Positions 28,955 to 37,814 of a stretch of DNA of 49,071 nt are shown here, piece by piece. The notes below the pieces were generated by a model. It had not been told where the DNA came from, made no database searches, and saw only the letters and a list, made by a program, of their open reading frames with translations. A program made the translations under genes and the position numbers. Within the stretch, counting starts at the first letter, position 1, and each line of letters begins with the position of its first letter. The DNA is from Patescibacteria group bacterium (lineage in GTDB: Bacteria > Patescibacteriota > Minisyncoccia > UBA6257 > Colwellbacteraceae), in assembly GCA_023380305.1 (NCBI GenBank), contig JAMCQZ010000008.1, positions 71,588 to 120,658 on the forward strand, written 5' to 3'.

Positions 28955-29116
28955 TTATTTCTTTTTACCACGGCAACCGCAAAAGCTCCAGCAGGCGGTA
29001 AGAATGAGCGCCGTCCCGAGCAAGATGTTGCTGTAAAAAACGGTTGTCCCGACGTTGCCGGTAAAGAAGGGCGAGACCACGGCCCAGGTTCCAAAAAATA
29101 TCAAAGCGGCGTTCAT
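28955..29116 (-). CDS. Small SPW-repeat-like membrane protein (53 aa, not in the ORF track)
   Basis: Manual translation: MNAALIFFGTWAVVSPFFTGNVGTTVFYSNILLGTALILTACWSFCGCRGKKK. The GxWxxxSP...SN..LG pattern resembles SPW repeats. TATAAT lies 8 nt upstream of the ATG. Confidence 0.65.
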   Translation of the reverse strand: MNAALIFFGTWAVVSPFFTGNVGTTVFYSNILLGTALILTACWSFCGCRGKKK

Positions 29117-29149
29117 ACGCCTTCATTATACACGCGCTTTGCAGGACGC

Positions 29150-29177
29150 AAAAATCCCGCGTTTCCACGGGATTTTT
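29150..29177 (-). terminator. Intrinsic terminator
   Basis: AAAAATCCCG...CGGGATTTTT inverted repeat downstream of the CxxC-x17-CxxC gene. Confidence 0.75.
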
Positions 29178-29205
29178 GAGAGCTCTCCCCTTTCCGAGGA
29201 ATCGC

Positions 29206-29397
29206 TTAGCGGCGGCCTCCGCCGAAAGAGTTTCTCCTCTCGCGATGGCAATCGCGGCAAAGAAGAGAACCCGTTCTGGACGGATCCGGCTCAAAAGGAA
29301 GCTCGGTGATCGGCGCGCCGCACTTGGCGCACTTCCAATCGCCCTTGAACATCTGCCTCGGCTCCCTGTTGAAACCGCTGTTATCGTTATAAGCCAT
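29206..29397 (-). CDS. CxxC-x17-CxxC-type zinc-ribbon domain protein
   Basis: RQMFKGDWKCAKCG..ITELPFEPD.....LCRDCH. Confidence 0.85.
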   Translation of the reverse strand: MAYNDNSGFNREPRQMFKGDWKCAKCGAPITELPFEPDPSRTGSLLCRDCHRERRNSFGGGRR

Positions 29398-29547
29398 TTG
29401 GGTTTTAACTTGTGACCTTTTAAAATTAGTCGAAACACAATGGCTTAACGTTCTTTTAAAACTGCCTGATGTTGTCTCAAAACTAACTGATTAAGCATCG
29501 TTAATTTTGGACTTTTTGTCAAATTAAAGGCAAAATAAAAAGGCTTT

Positions 29548-30966
29548 ATGAACAAAACTATCGCCCGAAACTCCCTGTTGATGCTCCTCGGCCAGACGCT
29601 CGGCCGCCTGCTCCGGGCCGGAATTATTATCTACGCCGCCCGCGTTCTTGGCGCCGGCAACTGGGGAGCGCTCGAAAACGCTTTGAGTATCTCCGCCTTT
29701 TTTGTTATTTTCGCCGACCTCGGCATCAATTCCCTGCTTATCCGCGAATCGAACAAAAAACCCGAGGAACAGAAAACCTATCTCGCCACCTCGCTTCTCA
29801 TCAAAATCACCCTGGTGGCCGTCCTCGCCCTCCTCATGAACCTTTTTGCCGGAAAGCTCAGCCACCTTCCCGGAGCCGTCGCCCTGATGCCGATCGTCGC
29901 CCTTGTCTTCATTTTCGATTCCCTGCGGGACCTGGGAACCGCTTTGAGCCGCGCCATCGAAAAAATGGAAATCGAGGCGGCGGCGAACGTCATCACCAAT
30001 CTTTTCATCGTTGTCCTGGGATTTGTCGCTCTGCGGCATTTCGGCACCAACCAAAGCTTCGCCATCGCCTACGCGATCGGCGCTGGACTCGGAGCCGTGG
30101 CCGTTTTCATCCCTCTCCGGGGATATTTCCAAAAAATCTGGAAGCACGTCGACAAAAGGCTGATAAAATCCATTATTTTTTCGGCTTGGCCGTTCGGATT
30201 GGTGAGCTTGCTCGGCATCGTCATGATCAACACCGACGTCATGATCCTCGGCCTCATGTCCACCGCCGAACAAGTCGGATTTTATTCAGCCGCCCAAAAG
30301 CCCATTCAATTTATTTATATCATTCCGAGCCTTCTTTCAGCCGCTTTTTTGCCGAGCCTTTCAAGACTCGCCGGAAAAGAAGAAAAGATCAGCCATTTCC
30401 GCGACCGGATCGAGCAAGGCGTCAAAGCCACCCTTTTTGTCGCTATTCCGGCGACGATCGGCGGAGCCATACTCGCGAAACCAATCATGCTTCTTTTATA
30501 CGGCCCGGCTTATCTCTCAGGCACGACAAGTTTTTTCATACTCTGCCTGACCTTCATTGCTGTTTTCCCATCGGCCCTCATTGTAAACGCCGCTTTCGCC
30601 GCCGGCAGCCAGAAAGAATTCGTCATTTACTCATTCCTCGGAATCTTCGGCAATATCGTCCTTGATATCCTTCTTATTCCAGCTTTCGGCATCGCCGGAG
30701 CGGCCCTTGCCACGCTTCTAAATCAAGTTTTCGTAAACGCCTATGTCTGGCGGAAGATGAAACAGATGACACGCTTTACTATCCTGCCGCATCTTCAAAA
30801 GATCATCCCAGCGGGATTGCTTATGGGGATCACCTGCTATGCTGGCCTTCAATCGGGCCTGCCGGTTTTGATCAACATCGCTTTTTCCGGAGGCGTTTAT
30901 TTAGGGATACTCTGGCTATTCAAAGAAAATCTTTTCAAGAAATTCACCGAACTGGAATTGGAATAA
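29548..30966 (+). CDS. Wzx/MOP-family polysaccharide flippase
   Basis: IARNS start, ARVLG...G, FADLGI, VGFYSAA and LIPAFGIAGAALAT, with about 12-14 TM helices. Confidence 0.88.
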   Translation: MNKTIARNSLLMLLGQTLGRLLRAGIIIYAARVLGAGNWGALENALSISAFFVIFADLGINSLLIRESNKKPEEQKTYLATSLLIKITLVAVLALLMNLFAGKLSHLPGAVALMPIVALVFIFDSLRDLGTALSRAIEKMEIEAAANVITNLFIVVLGFVALRHFGTNQSFAIAYAIGAGLGAVAVFIPLRGYFQKIWKHVDKRLIKSIIFSAWPFGLVSLLGIVMINTDVMILGLMSTAEQVGFYSAAQKPIQFIYIIPSLLSAAFLPSLSRLAGKEEKISHFRDRIEQGVKATLFVAIPATIGGAILAKPIMLLLYGPAYLSGTTSFFILCLTFIAVFPSALIVNAAFAAGSQKEFVIYSFLGIFGNIVLDILLIPAFGIAGAALATLLNQVFVNAYVWRKMKQMTRFTILPHLQKIIPAGLLMGITCYAGLQSGLPVLINIAFSGGVYLGILWLFKENLFKKFTELELE

Positions 30967-30974
30967 GAGACATC

Positions 30975-31011
30975 AAAAAAACCGCCCTTCGACAAGCTCA
31001 GGGCGGTTTTT
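30975..31011. terminator. Bidirectional terminator whose loop is a REP-like CCTTCGACAAGCTCAGG element
   Basis: AAAAAAACCGCCCT-TCGACAAGCTC-AGGGCGGTTTTT between convergent genes. Confidence 0.75.
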
Positions 31012-31023
31012 GAATCCAAACGA

Positions 31024-32763
31024 TTAGTGGCTCGCTTGAAGCTCAACCAATAACTGTTGGATCAACTGCTGGATCAAAACAATCAATTGCTCCTGAATCG
31101 TTCTGATCTGCACCTTGATCTGATCAACGGTGGCTCCGACAACCGGAGTGGTCGATGGCGCCTGGCCCGCGGGCACGACAACGAGAGCGGCTTTTTGGCC
31201 GACAGTCACAGTAACGCCCGTTCCCGGAGTTTCAACGGCTCCGGAACGATCAGTGGCGCGCGTCTTGATGACGTGCGGTCCTTCAGCCGGATTAGTCCAG
31301 GTATAGGTCCAATCAAAGCCGTAGTTGCTGTTCGAAGCGGTCGGCACGGCCTCAGACCAGGTGGATCCGCCATCGGTCGAAACCTCGACTTTCTCAATGG
31401 AAGAAGCCTCGGTGTCAGCGCTCGTTCCCCTGATAGTTACAGTCGCTTCTGCCGGAACAGTCGAATTGCTAGCCGGGCTTGAAATCGAGGAAGTAGGATT
31501 CGCCGCCGGCAAAGTCGTCAGACCGCTCGAACCGCCTGATCCAATGCGGCAGACCACACCGGTATTCGAAATAGCGGCCTGGCTGGTACCAGCGCCTTTC
31601 GCCTCTACGTTAAAGAAATAAACGGCGTTCGGCGCAAGACCGACCAAAAGATTCGATCCCGAAGACTGGCCGGGCGTGCCGCTCACAAAAGTATTCACGT
31701 AATCGGTGGCGGCATTGAATAAATTTTGGGTGGTGATATCGCCCGAAGAATAACGGACGACATAACCGGCCGTAACGCCAGCAGGAACGGTCCAACTAAG
31801 ATAGACCGCGCCGGCCTGGTTTGGACTCTGACAAGTCAAGGCAGTGATGGCCGCCGGATTAACTAGAAAAGCGGCGGAGTTGGCATTGGCCAAAGCCGCG
31901 TCGGCGGTCGTGGTCGTCGCCACCGCTACAGTATAGGTGCTGTTCGCCGTGGCGTGGTTGGTAATTTTATTAATTGTAATCGATTTCGCGCCGGCAGTGG
32001 CATTGGTTCCCGCGCCGTTGCGGGTGATCGTAACCACCTGGCCAACGACGCCGACGGCGAAGCCGCCGTCTATGCCCGAAGCGCCGGAGGCGGCGTCAGA
32101 GGCGACGGTGAATCCGGCCGGGAAAGTAACAGTAATCTTGCCGTCAGACGGAAGCACGCCAGTGGCGGGAATAGTAAAATTGATGACGTAATTGGTCTGG
32201 GTGCTGACTACGGCGCTAGCCGGAACCGCGGTAACCGCAGTCAAAGTATCCTCAGCGCCGTTCGCAACGACGATGGAAGCGTTCGGATCAGCCGAAGCGC
32301 CATAAGTAAGACCACCATCCACTGACCAAGTAAGGGCAGCACCGGCAGTCGCGCCGGTAACACCAATAACTTTTAATCCGCTGATCGCTAATGAGTCGCC
32401 GGCAGTCGCGCTAGCGGTTACATCAATAAGCAGGGTCTTGCTGTCCGGATAAGTGACAGCGGCGGCCACGGCCAAGGTGGCACCGGTCGGCGTCATTGTC
32501 GGGGCAAGAGCAGTGGTATCCCAAATGGCATTAACGCCTACCGGAATTTGAATCCGGATATCGTTGGCGAGAGTGATTTCTCCTCCAGCATCGGTAACAG
32601 TCAGATCAGGGACGGTAACAATCTGGCCGATATCAACAGTAAGCGGGGTGCCTCCAGCTGAAGTCAAAGTACCAGCCGGAGCAGCCTTGACGGACGGAAC
32701 AGCCAAAATGACTATTCCAAGCGCCAAAGCAACGACTCCTAAAACAGGAAATAATTTTTTCAT
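31024..32763 (-). CDS. Secreted Ala/Thr-rich surface protein with FN3 and Ig-like domains
   Basis: Signal peptide, FN3-like VYLSWTVP...YVVRYS...GLAPNAVYFF, Ig-like KVEVSTDGGSTW...W...G.HVIKTRATD, and a C-terminal Gln/Ile/Leu amphipathic helix. Confidence 0.75.
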   Translation of the reverse strand: MKKLFPVLGVVALALGIVILAVPSVKAAPAGTLTSAGGTPLTVDIGQIVTVPDLTVTDAGGEITLANDIRIQIPVGVNAIWDTTALAPTMTPTGATLAVAAAVTYPDSKTLLIDVTASATAGDSLAISGLKVIGVTGATAGAALTWSVDGGLTYGASADPNASIVVANGAEDTLTAVTAVPASAVVSTQTNYVINFTIPATGVLPSDGKITVTFPAGFTVASDAASGASGIDGGFAVGVVGQVVTITRNGAGTNATAGAKSITINKITNHATANSTYTVAVATTTTADAALANANSAAFLVNPAAITALTCQSPNQAGAVYLSWTVPAGVTAGYVVRYSSGDITTQNLFNAATDYVNTFVSGTPGQSSGSNLLVGLAPNAVYFFNVEAKGAGTSQAAISNTGVVCRIGSGGSSGLTTLPAANPTSSISSPASNSTVPAEATVTIRGTSADTEASSIEKVEVSTDGGSTWSEAVPTASNSNYGFDWTYTWTNPAEGPHVIKTRATDRSGAVETPGTGVTVTVGQKAALVVVPAGQAPSTTPVVGATVDQIKVQIRTIQEQLIVLIQQLIQQLLVELQASH

Positions 32764-32892
32764 TGCTTTTATTAATCTATTTTTGAATTAAATTTTGTTT
32801 TTATTAATTCTTCGGCATCGCTCAACGGCGTTATCGACCAAATCACTTTTTATTGAAAGATAAACGCGCGAGAAAGCAAACCGTATGACAAT

Positions 32893-32928
32893 ATTATACA
32901 CCAGAATTTCCGAAAACGCTGTGAATAA
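32893..32928 (-). promoter_or_regulatory. -10 promoter with a DnaA-box-like 9-mer upstream
   Basis: TTATTCACA (32920-32928), 21-nt spacer, TATAAT (32893-32898). Confidence 0.5.
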
Positions 32929-32958
32929 CCGAACAAATAAGCAAGCCTTGTTTATAAA

Positions 32959-32988
32959 AAAGCTCCTCCCCGTAAAGGGAGGAGCTTT
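32959..32988 (-). terminator. Intrinsic terminator of the S-layer-like gene
   Basis: AAAGCTCCTCCC/GGGAGGAGCTTT stem followed by a T run on the minus strand. Confidence 0.85.
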
Positions 32989-33052
32989 CGAGCAGTTTTC
33001 CTAACTCAAGAAGTTCATTCCAAAAATTTATTTGGAACGGACTAAAGGAAAA

Positions 33053-36000
33053 CTACGGAAGAGTGACAGTGTTCGCGTCAGCCGGAATAGACCAAGTGGT
33101 CGCGCCGTAACCGACAGCGCCAGAGTAGTCTTTGCCCGAAGTGATCGTCGAACCACCCAAACCACGGATATCGCCGACTTCAATGGTAGCGGCAGAAGCG
33201 CCAGCTCCCTTGATATAGAAGCCATCGGTTCCGTAGACGCCAGCCGCAGCGGCGGCGCCAGTCTTGCCGACAGCACCAGGATTGGTGATGGCAAGAGTCG
33301 GAACAACGATAGGTGTTCCAGCGACAACATCCGGATCAGCAGCGACCATGACACGTCCCGCATAACGACCGGCAGCTTTGTCGGCAGTATTCGGGATCAA
33401 AAGCGTATCACCAGCGGTGACGACGCCCGTGGCATTGCCAGCGACTCCAACCAAGTAAAGCTGATCAGTGCCCATAACGAAGGCAGCGCCAGCAACTCCG
33501 GTCTTTAAGATACCACCAGTGGTATTAGCGTGAGTCGGAAGCAAAATCGCGGTGCCGAAGTCCGTATCGGTGGCAGCGGCCAAATCGGTCGCAGTACCGT
33601 AGGAACCGACCGACACGTTAGCAGCAGAGGTAATAGACCACTGAAGCTGAGTGTTGATCGGCCAGACAGCGGTCGAAGTGGTAGTCACCTGCAAAGCAAT
33701 CATTTGTGAAACGCCACGGGTCAGCTGAAGCTGAGTGCCGATGATTCCATCAAAAGTAACAGTGCCGGCGACGTTATCCACAGCGCTCGCCTGAGAAGCA
33801 ATAACCTGACCGGTCGAGACATTGTACAACCTAAACATCGAAGTGGTCGCAAGATTACCAGCCACGTTCGGCAAGCCGACGCGGGAGGTAAAGACAATAC
33901 GGCCAATATTCAAGGTAGTAGCGGTTCCGTTAGCGGTCAATTTCCAGACGCCATGATTGACGAAAGTGCCGCGGACATTTCCCGAAGGAGAGGTCGCGTC
34001 CTTCACGACTTCCACAACGTTCGAGCGGACGGTATAGGTACCGCCGGTGCCCAAAGAAGTGGTCGTGCGAAGATCAATCAAAGCGCCGTTCGAAGCGACA
34101 ACACCAGAGGTCTTACCAAGGGTTTCCAAGGCAGTAGCAGCAATAGTGAAGCGCTCGGTCGCGGCTTCAGCAGCCGGAGTCAAAAGGTTGGCAACAACCT
34201 TCAAAGTCTTCGGCGTATTCAAGCTGAAGGTGGTCGGGGTCAAGACATCAGTCGCAGCGAAGCAGACATCGCCAGCATTAACATTACCGCCACCGGCGGT
34301 TGCCACAATACAATTGCTACCGACTAACGCCGTAGCAGCGCCTAAAGGCGCAACAAAATTAGTCACCTGAGTGTTACCATCGTAAAGGGCGACACTCGAA
34401 GCGACGGCGCTCAAGTTAGCAGCAACAGTAGTAACTGGGCTGAGTTGCGTTCTGCGAAGATCCTGATCCTCGTTTTGGGCGGTAATTTTCAAGTAACCAA
34501 GGGTTACCTGAGAAACCGGGCCGATAACATTCTGATCGATCGGGGTCAAAGTGCTATCGCCAACAGCCAAGAATGTGGCAGTGGAATTAATCGTCATAGC
34601 CGGTAAGACCAAAACCGAAGTCGAAAGAATATTATTCGGACCAGCGACACCAGACGAAGACAAGCCTGTCGCGACAATAGAAGACGCATTAACTAAAGCC
34701 AAAGTCGTATCAACAGTGGCAGTAGCCGGGCCAGTAATCGTATTAGTCGTACCTTTAACATACAACTTCTTGGTGGTATTAGCCGGAACCAACCAGTTCA
34801 TCGTGAAGGTGTTAGTGGTGACGCCAGCTGCACCAGAAGTCCATTGATCAGGATTTGTCGTGTTATCCGCAGTTAAAGTTAGCTGGTTCGACAACAACGC
34901 ACCGGTCTCGTCATATAAACCAACATTGGAAATAGTTCCAGCATTGGTTCCAAGATTAGTGGTTGAGGGGAAGCTTAAATTAACTGTGTTAATCAACATA
35001 TCTTCGCCGATAGCCCGGATATCATAGACGCCCAAGACCTGCGGGGTGATGGAGCGCACAACAACCGCGCCCGCACCAGCCGGAGACGAAGAGCTGACGG
35101 AAACCGACAACTGACCAGCGCCAATCGCAATCGCGCTCGTAGCGCCCAAGCGAACGGTAACGCCAGCGGCACCGCCGCCAGTAACGCCGACGCCAGAGAT
35201 GACGCCTAAGCCGTTAACCATGTTCAAGGGGTTATCAAGCTCGATCACGCGACCGGAGCCAGAAGCAATATCGGCGACAACTTGGAAAACCTTGGAGGTA
35301 CCCTTGCTCAAGACAATCGGGGTCGAGAGATCAATAGTAGCTCTCCTGGTCGAGAAGTTGGCCGGAGTGCCGACAACCGCGCCATCAACCTTCAACCGAA
35401 CATTGGAAAGATCGGTATCGGTGATGGTTGAAGCGGTGTTAGCGCCAGCGCCATAGCTGACATTGAACTGAGTGACTTTGACATCCTCGTTCGTGCCAGC
35501 GGTGACGATGTAATTGCCAAGGACAATGTCCTTAGCGCCGACATAGGTGTTATTAACCGCAGTCGGAGCACCGGCGGTAACAGTCAAAGTTCCGATCGAA
35601 CCGCCAGCGACGATGGTGTCAGCGTTGCCGACCACCGGGAAAGTGCCACCGAAAGTGGCGCCAATGATTTTGGCGGCAGATTCGATGCCCATTTTGATGG
35701 TGGCAGACGGCGTAGCACCAGGGGTCGCGGCGACGTCAACCGCGATAGACAGAGTCTTCGAGGTTCCTTTCGGAATGCTGATAGCCGGAGCAAAGGTGAA
35801 GGTCGAATTGCCGTTCACCTGGATTTGGGTCAAACCAACTTGGACAGAGCCATCGAAGATTTTAACCCGAGCGATGTCGGTAGCAGCCAAAGCCGCGGTT
35901 CCAAACGAATGGATGGTCAAACCAGTGATATTGGCATCGGCATCATTGCCAGCGGTGAAGACCAATTTGGTCACCACGTTGTTGGCGGAGCCAGCCAAAA

Positions 36001-36523
36001 TATTGGTTCCAACCGGGGTGTCGGAAGCTACGGACACAGTAAGCGGCGCTCCCACAACCGGAGTTGTCGGAGTCGTCGGGGTAGTCGTCACGGACAACGC
36101 GTTAACGTCAGCCCGTGTTTTAGGACCAAAATAGCCCAAGGTCGGAGTGATGCCTCTGGCGGCCTGATATTCGGCAACGGCATTTTTGGTCAAAGTGCCA
36201 AAATAGCCGGTAGCGCCGACAGCGGCCAAAGCCTTAGCAGCAGCTCCTTTATTCTGTGCGATAAGGAAATTCTGCAAAGCTGTAACGTCTGCACCCTTAG
36301 AACCAACGGTGAGGTCGGTGGTGAAGTTGTAGGCGGCAGCAGTGCCGGTTCCAGTAGTCGCACCAAGCTGAGCCTGTAACGCGGCAAGTTGGCTGGTCAA
36401 GGTCGCGATCATGGCCTGGATCTCAGCGGTCGTCATAGCGCCGTGAGCCACATTGCCAGAAAGCGAAGCGACCGTAGCCAAAGCCAAGGCCACAGACACA
36501 ACTTTCTGTGTGAACTTACTCAT
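33053..36523 (-). CDS. S-layer-like surface protein with an N-terminal peptidoglycan-binding domain
   Basis: Signal peptide, coiled IQAMIATLTSQLAALQAQL, PG-binding-like DLTVGSKGADVTALQNFL...TGYFGTLTKNAVAEYQ...GYFGPKTR, then about 1000 Thr/Ala/Val/Gly-rich beta residues. It has a long leader and a strong terminator. Confidence 0.8.
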   Translation of the reverse strand: MSKFTQKVVSVALALATVASLSGNVAHGAMTTAEIQAMIATLTSQLAALQAQLGATTGTGTAAAYNFTTDLTVGSKGADVTALQNFLIAQNKGAAAKALAAVGATGYFGTLTKNAVAEYQAARGITPTLGYFGPKTRADVNALSVTTTPTTPTTPVVGAPLTVSVASDTPVGTNILAGSANNVVTKLVFTAGNDADANITGLTIHSFGTAALAATDIARVKIFDGSVQVGLTQIQVNGNSTFTFAPAISIPKGTSKTLSIAVDVAATPGATPSATIKMGIESAAKIIGATFGGTFPVVGNADTIVAGGSIGTLTVTAGAPTAVNNTYVGAKDIVLGNYIVTAGTNEDVKVTQFNVSYGAGANTASTITDTDLSNVRLKVDGAVVGTPANFSTRRATIDLSTPIVLSKGTSKVFQVVADIASGSGRVIELDNPLNMVNGLGVISGVGVTGGGAAGVTVRLGATSAIAIGAGQLSVSVSSSSPAGAGAVVVRSITPQVLGVYDIRAIGEDMLINTVNLSFPSTTNLGTNAGTISNVGLYDETGALLSNQLTLTADNTTNPDQWTSGAAGVTTNTFTMNWLVPANTTKKLYVKGTTNTITGPATATVDTTLALVNASSIVATGLSSSGVAGPNNILSTSVLVLPAMTINSTATFLAVGDSTLTPIDQNVIGPVSQVTLGYLKITAQNEDQDLRRTQLSPVTTVAANLSAVASSVALYDGNTQVTNFVAPLGAATALVGSNCIVATAGGGNVNAGDVCFAATDVLTPTTFSLNTPKTLKVVANLLTPAAEAATERFTIAATALETLGKTSGVVASNGALIDLRTTTSLGTGGTYTVRSNVVEVVKDATSPSGNVRGTFVNHGVWKLTANGTATTLNIGRIVFTSRVGLPNVAGNLATTSMFRLYNVSTGQVIASQASAVDNVAGTVTFDGIIGTQLQLTRGVSQMIALQVTTTSTAVWPINTQLQWSITSAANVSVGSYGTATDLAAATDTDFGTAILLPTHANTTGGILKTGVAGAAFVMGTDQLYLVGVAGNATGVVTAGDTLLIPNTADKAAGRYAGRVMVAADPDVVAGTPIVVPTLAITNPGAVGKTGAAAAAGVYGTDGFYIKGAGASAATIEVGDIRGLGGSTITSGKDYSGAVGYGATTWSIPADANTVTLP

Positions 36524-36656
36524 TTTTTATTAATTATCTGTAGAAAGTTAAATGCTTTTTGTTTATCGGAAGATTATTCCCCGCGACATCATCGACCGGC
36601 TAATCCGGACTCGTGAGGCAAGTCTCACAAGCCGATGCTCGAAGATAATCCTGGTA

Positions 36657-36926
36657 TCATTTATCCCGTTCCAAATTCAAAAAATATTTCAGTCTAGCTT
36701 TAAGATATCTTTTCCCTCTGCCAGACTTTAGATATTTTTCTCGAGCCCTGGCGTCTTTCTCTGAAACGCCACACTCGTAATAGATTAATTGGAAAGGTCT
36801 TCTATGTTTGGTTGAATAAATCAACCCTTTGCTATGTAGTCCTATCCGGCGTTTCAGATTATTAGTCGAGCCGGTATACAGCTTTCCATCCGTGAGGCTT
36901 CTAAGCACGTATACATAACTCGGCAT
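36657..36926 (-). CDS. Small GIY-YIG nuclease family protein (89 aa)
   Basis: YVYVLRS...LYTGSTNNLKRR...H...STKHRRP..LIYYE.....DARAREKYLKSGRG. Start placed at MPSY (36926). Confidence 0.9.
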   Translation of the reverse strand: MPSYVYVLRSLTDGKLYTGSTNNLKRRIGLHSKGLIYSTKHRRPFQLIYYECGVSEKDARAREKYLKSGRGKRYLKARLKYFLNLERDK

Positions 36927-36948
36927 TTTAAATTTGGAACGGGATAAA
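36660..36948. mobile_element. Putative GIY-YIG cassette bounded by perfect 18-bp inverted repeats
   Basis: TTTATCCCGTTCCAAATT (36660-36677) and AATTTGGAACGGGATAAA (36931-36948) bracket the nuclease ORF. Confidence 0.6.
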
Positions 36949-37073
36949 ACAAACCTCGCTTGGGGCGAGGCAGAACAATCTAAATCGATCATGTCTTCGG
37001 ACTGCTGCGCCCGGAAACATGAAAACGGATGATCCGTTTGTTTAGGTTGCTTTGCCTCACTCAAAGCAAAACC

Positions 37074-37102
37074 AATATACCAACTTATCTATTACAACGC
37101 AA
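37074..37102 (-). promoter_or_regulatory. Promoter for the long S-layer gene leader
   Basis: TTGCGT, 17-nt spacer ending in TGG, then TATATT (37074-37079). Predicted start is near 37067. Confidence 0.55.
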
Positions 37103-37814
37103 TAATCGTCTCGGGGTTACGGTTTCCCGGGTTTTCCGGAAGCGCCGATTCGGCCACAGATTGGCTCTTCGGAAGCGGAATCACGGCCGCGGCCTGAGAA
37201 ACCCCAGTAGTGGCGCGATAAAAGCTGGCTGGGCCCGGATTTCCCACCCTTTCAATTTTACCTGATTTTCTAAGCTGTTCAATCACCCGACGCAAGGTAC
37301 GGCTGCTCAAGTGGCCGAAAGCCTGTTCTAAATCCTTGAACCTTGTTTCCGGACGCGTTTCCATAAATTTCCAAACCTGATCCAAGCTAGACGGCCGGCC
37401 AGTTCCTTGATTCGCCGGCTTGGCCATAACGTGGCCAGTTGGCCGTGTCATGCCACGATTTGGCCACTTGGCCATCTGACTAACAACCTGGCCATATTGT
37501 TTGTCCACGAACTCATCTTCAATAGTGACATCTGTCTCGGCCATAGCCACTTCTTTGGCCAAACCTTCCAGATGGCCAAGCTCCCTTAAAAGGACCTCGG
37601 CATTGATGTCCTTAATTTCTTGAATAGATTGGCCGAACCTTATTAGAGCCTTAAGCCTAGTAATTATTCTGTCTGATCCGGCCAAAACAAGATCAAACAC
37701 GGCCAGGTGAAGTTCGGCTTTTAACCTGTCCTGTTTAATCAATTCGGCCACCCTAAAAGTGGCGGCCGCAATGTCATTAGCAAGTTCCTGATACTGTGTC
37801 AGATACTCTGCCAT
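37092..37814 (-). CDS. Hypothetical DNA-binding protein: helical N-domain, linker, C-terminal winged HTH (DeoR-like)
   Basis: C-terminal RFKDLEQAFGHLSSRTLRRVIEQLRKSGKIERVG...FY is a wHTH pattern. Confidence 0.7.
   Translation of the reverse strand: MAEYLTQYQELANDIAAATFRVAELIKQDRLKAELHLAVFDLVLAGSDRIITRLKALIRFGQSIQEIKDINAEVLLRELGHLEGLAKEVAMAETDVTIEDEFVDKQYGQVVSQMAKWPNRGMTRPTGHVMAKPANQGTGRPSSLDQVWKFMETRPETRFKDLEQAFGHLSSRTLRRVIEQLRKSGKIERVGNPGPASFYRATTGVSQAAAVIPLPKSQSVAESALPENPGNRNPETIIAL

Noticed and set aside
28965-29438. 157-aa ORF in the track
   Set aside because: It spans a terminator and two better-supported small genes in other frames.
36657-37064. 135-aa version of the GIY-YIG ORF, and a group I intron interpretation
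   Set aside because: The extra 46 codons run through the structured leader and the inverted repeat, and family similarity starts at MPSY. I could not identify group I P/Q/R/S core elements.
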